A DNA stretch of 64,000 nt, from NCBI RefSeq assembly GCF_009914755.1, contig NC_060947.1; one strand, written 5' to 3'. Below the pieces are notes generated by a model. It was not told the origin of the DNA, searched no databases, and was given only the letters and a program-made list of their open reading frames with translations. Position 1 is the first letter of the stretch. Each line of letters starts with the position of its first letter. Of the stretch, positions 53,758-64,000 are shown piece by piece. Origin of the DNA: the human T2T-CHM13v2.0 reference genome, Homo sapiens. The position numbers were made by a program, and so were the translations under genes.

Positions 53758-55832
53758 TGTATATACACATATTCTTCATGAAAATGGGATGACTGCAAAC
53801 TTTGTCATGCAATTTACCTTCCCTAGCTGAGAATAAGGGTACCTGAATTTTTAGTTGTGTATTCATTGCTATTGGATATCTTCTCATAAGTTTAATTGCA
53901 TTCCTCTAATTTTCTATGAGATTTTAAATTTTCATTTGTTTCTCTTCTGGTTAAAGAGAGTTCCTGGCATGTAAAGTGGTTTCTGAGGTATATGTGGATA
54001 ATTTCCCCTCCAATTTTTAATGCAACTTTAAATGTTAAAATCTCATGGATTTTAATGATGAAGAAATCAATACAGTTCATTGTAAAAGTTTTTAAGATTC
54101 ACAGGAGTGTAAAGATTGCCACTTTATGAGAAGATTTTAGATAGAAACCATTCAAAGCCCAGGAAGACATCATAGTGAGAAAGGCTTGGGTTTTAGAGTC
54201 CCTGGCCTGTGTTTTACAGACTTGGCACTAAGGGTAACTTACTTAGCCTCTTAAGTCTTGGCTTTCCTCATTTCTCGTAAGCGATCCTTATTACCTACCT
54301 TGAATTTATTATCATATTTAGAAGAGATACAATATAAAATTCCTTAGATGTAACTCAAGCTTTGATAAACAAGAATTTCCTTCCTCCATGTCACTTTCCC
54401 AATGTCTAAAACTTGTACTTTCATCTGATTTATTCGCTACTTCAGGAACTGCCAATCAACATGCCTCCTAGCCTAGGACAGGATTTCTTCTCCACAAACA
54501 TCATCACTAAGGGGAGTTGTCTAAGTATTTTCCCATGTGGGCATGCCAAAGTTCAGCACAATACCAGAAAAGTTTACAACTATCATTTCTTACCCACATT
54601 GCATTGTAGAAGCCCACATCTACAATAGAAGCTGCTGGGTATACTCTGGGCATGTTCGGTGGCTGAATTTCATTGTTGCCACTTATCTGGATATGTGGTT
54701 TATCTTTGGCAAGCCTGGAGCTGATCATCAGTAAAATGAAAATAATGATGCTTTCTTTTCAGAGTTGTTTTAGGGAAATGAGAAACCCATGGGAGGCTTT
54801 AGTGCTTACTATCTTAGCCTCACCTTGCCTTCTCTGCAGAAGAGATGTCTGTGATAGAAACTAAATGCATAACTCTAAGAGAGAACAGTTGGGACCCTAA
54901 GTGTACAGAGGGAAATGTGATGTATTAGCCATGGTGACTGTCCAGTATTGCAGGATGAGTTACCTGAGGGGCTTTGGAAGGGAACAGAAAAATCCTCATG
55001 CCATTTCCTACCATCATATGTGCTTTCCTGTCCTTAGTACTTTGTCTTTTATGTTGTAAGGGAAGAAAGACTCTAAGAGGTGCAAGATAAAGAGATTTCC
55101 TTTGAGTCTTGGAATGAAGAAACAGTGCAGAGGAACCAATCCTAATAACAGATCTGCTGTACAGAAGGCTGCAGTCAAAGGAACTGTGTCCTGATAGCAG
55201 TCCTGTCACTTCCCCCCAAACAGATGTCTCTTCTCCAGAAATGCTACTATCTATCTTTGTGGGCATATATTAAAGTAGAGAAAAAATACTATAACAGAAT
55301 ACACCAAGATGTTAATTGTGTTTACCATGAAGGGGCAGGAGTGCTGGATATATTTTCTTGTCTGTATTTGACACTATTTTCCACATGGTCCAAAATGAGT
55401 GTGGATTACCTTAATAATAATAAGCAGAGCCTAAAAAAATGTACTTTAACTAATAAAGAGCACCCGGTCTGGAGATGCAGTGGAAGAAACAGGGCTTGGC
55501 CAGGTGAGATCTGGGCAGTTACTTTAGATCCCTGAGCCTCAGGGAGCCTGGAGCTTAATTCTTCACCCACAGGGCTCCCCTGGGGTGGGAGATGTGATGA
55601 AATCACCACATTGTCCACATACGGGCTCTATGCCGTTGTATTGATTAGTGACTGGTCCCTTCATGCTTTACAGAGAGTGACATTGTGGTATCCACTGCTT
55701 GAGTCTGTGGTCCCACTGCACACTATGACCCCATTTCCTTGATCCCAGCATTCTCAGCACAGTGTGATTCTCCAGGTATTATGTAAAGGATAAGGTGCTA
55801 TTTTGCTTTGTTTGTGTTTGTTTTTATGATCT

Positions 55833-56071
55833 GCATTGGTGGATCTCAATGTTTGGTCCCCAGACCAGCAGTGTCAGTATCACCTGGGAACTTGCTAGAA
55901 AGTGCTAATTCTTAGGCTCCATCCTAGACCTACTGAATCAGAAACTCTTGTGGTTGGTACTAGCAGTCTTTTCTTTCTTTGTTGTTTGTACAAATTTATG
56001 GGGTACCTGTACTCCCCAGTTTGCCACAAGGTCCAAAGTGATTCTGATGCAAGCTGAAGTTTGAGAACCAT
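55833..56071. mobile_element. MER5A (hAT-Charlie MITE) with a small insert
   Basis: GGTCCCCAGACCAGCAG..CACCTGGGAACTTGCTAGAA..CCTACTGAATCAGAAACTC..GTTTGAGAACCA. Confidence 0.8.
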
Positions 56072-56239
56072 ATTCTACAAAATTTAATGTAGTAAATGAA
56101 ATGTGTTAATTGCTGAGTTAAGGAATGAATCTTTATTTTATTTCCATACTTCTTCATAATCTCCATTCAAAGTACAATTTGTTCATTTTGTGAAATGAGT
56201 ATTTTTTTCATTGAAAAATAAAATTGAAATTGAAAGTCA

Positions 56240-56480
56240 ATCAATGCCATCTGTTGACCCAATCTAGAACTGCAGCTTGGATATCACTTTAGCAAGAGAT
56301 CTAGGAAGGAGGGAAAGGAGGGCTGTGTAAGCCCACCAGAATAAACTTTCTGGAAGTTATACGGCAGACAAAGCACTAAGCAGAGATGGCGACAGAGCCC
56401 ATGGGTATTAATTCATGTGACAGGATGTTTCCTTTGACCCCCCTCTCAAATTAAACACAGTTGAGTGAATGTGTATGTGT
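56240..56480 (+). repeat. Ancient repeat module A, copy 5 (diverged)
   Basis: Colinear with copies 1, 3 and 4 (CTCF head, CCCACCAGA..ACTTTCTGGAAG, GACAGAGCC, CAGGATGTTT, TG-rich tail). Confidence 0.7.
56245..56274 (-). promoter_or_regulatory. Bipartite CTCF motif (core + M2), ancient repeat copy 5
   Basis: TGCCATCTGTTGACCC, 5-bp spacer, then AGAACTGCA (close to the M2 consensus GGAACTGCA). Confidence 0.55.
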
Positions 56481-56834
56481 CGTTATAAATATAATGTGGT
56501 GTATAACCTCCTTTTTATGTTATCTGACATTTAATATCTTTTAATGTCCAGAACTATATATTTTTTCAGCATTAGTTTTGTAAATCAAACTACAACTAGG
56601 TTTATTCTATGCTGTCATAATTGTATCTCGGTTATTTTGCGAATTAAAAATCAGTGAGCTGTATGTATTCCCCCAGCTCTTGAAAACACTGGAGAAATAT
56701 ACAATTATAAGAGGCATTATCTTATGTTTCCCCTATTACTATGACCTTTCTCAAGATAATAATTCAATTGATTTGTAAATATTCTCTAGATTTGTTTCTG
56801 TGGGTTCATTTATATTTTAAAATATGACATATGT

Positions 56835-57128
<294 letters not shown>

Positions 57129-58504
57129 TGACCTATGTATATCCTTATGGAAATATATGTCATTCAAAAATCATGCCATGTTGTATGTTATGTTCTGTAA
57201 CTTGCTTATATATTTCTGCATCTCAGTGCTTTTTATTAGATTTCTTTAATTTTTGATGTGTTTAAGCAATTTTACATATGTTGATTGCCATTGCCTTCAT
57301 TTTTTTCTTTAAATTACCTGTTGGTAGACATGTACACAACTCTTTTAGATAGTAGTTTTCCTTATATGTCAGGTATATTAATTATGTCTGTAAATTATAG
57401 TGCAAATGTGTCCAATGCAGAGCCCTTCCTCCAGTGTCCTAATAATGAGCAGACACTTTATGGATGCTCTCCTGGGAAGGGGAGGTCTGGCATCCATGCT
57501 GGACTTACCACTGCCGAACTGAATGGTCTCTTCTGCCTTCAGGGAGGTGACAGTACTGGCACCCACGGTTTATTTGTGAAGTCCTGGTCACTGCCCTAGG
57601 AGCATTACATCTGTGCATATTGTGACCTCTTTTCTCTGACCCTAGGCAGTTTTGTCCATCAGCTCTCTCAGCACAAAGTTTAGCCAGTTAAATAGAGTAA
57701 CTCTTAATATGAATTATATATTTTAAAATAAGAAAGAAGTAAATGGCTATTTCAAGATAAGGGTAATTATTATTTATTGAAAAGAAGGTTTCATAACCAG
57801 CATTGAAAGTAGCATTTTTGAGGTTTATTCATTTTGCCAAATTAATACATCAGTATATTAACTGTCCAGTCTGCACTCCCACCTCAACCAGAAGATATTC
57901 ATTATTAATAATTTGATATATATTCTGTTGACTTTTCTATGTGTCTTAATAAAATGCACAGATATTTTTCCAAATGTAAAAGTGTACTCTTTTACAAACT
58001 GTGATTGTCCTCTGCATACTGTGTTGATATTTATCTGTTTCATGTAGTATGAGAGCTTGTTTCACATTTCATCATTTATATCATTGGGCATATTTTCAAA
58101 TGTTCACTGGGTATTGATGTTACTTTCATGTACATTCTCTATTGTAATCTTCGGCCCGTTTCTCTGTTGGTTAAAGTATCAAGGATATTAACCACATAGC
58201 TGCAATACAGATTGCAACTATTTTCTTCCAGCTTTTTATATACTTTGTACTCTTAAATTTTGCAATACAGATGGTGTTCATTTTATTTTATTTTTTTAAC
58301 TCAAGGATATTATATTATTTATAAAATGGAACAGACTGACCTGAACTCTAGTTGTCTTTGATGGCTCAAAGCAAATCCAGAAGGCCTTACCAGTTTCAAC
58401 CAGTTTGTGCCAGTTAACTTCAAAGAGGAAGCTTGCATAATGATTTTTATAAACATGAAAATAATATATTGTAGGCTGTTACTTGCTTATCCAAGTGATC
58501 CCAT

Positions 58505-64000
<5,496 letters not shown>

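Overview
Human genomic DNA (a human-specific AluYb8 is present), AT-rich and very dense in L1, with no intact protein-coding gene. The only gene-derived feature is a young, full-length processed pseudogene of glycerol kinase (GK, 553-aa isoform) on the minus strand at about 29580-33253. It has 5'UTR, 3'UTR, poly(A) tail and 15-bp target-site duplications (TSDs), and is disabled by a GTG start and one CGA>TGA stop. The rest is mostly transposon debris: a full-length L1MA1-3-type element, an L1PA3/4 running off the window end, many L1 fragments, Alus, MaLR/ERVL LTRs and DNA MITEs. Under this debris, the non-TE sequence is a decayed, co-oriented tandem array of a multi-kb ancestral unit with at least 6 partial copies. 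Five copies retain a head module. Four of these keep a recognisable CTCF core motif, and three of those also keep the M2/upstream motif at a fixed 5-bp spacing. Two head modules 40 kb apart share a gap-free 243-bp core of about 88% identity, much higher than their flanks. Repeat subfamily names and identities were assigned by eye and need RepeatMasker and alignment confirmation.
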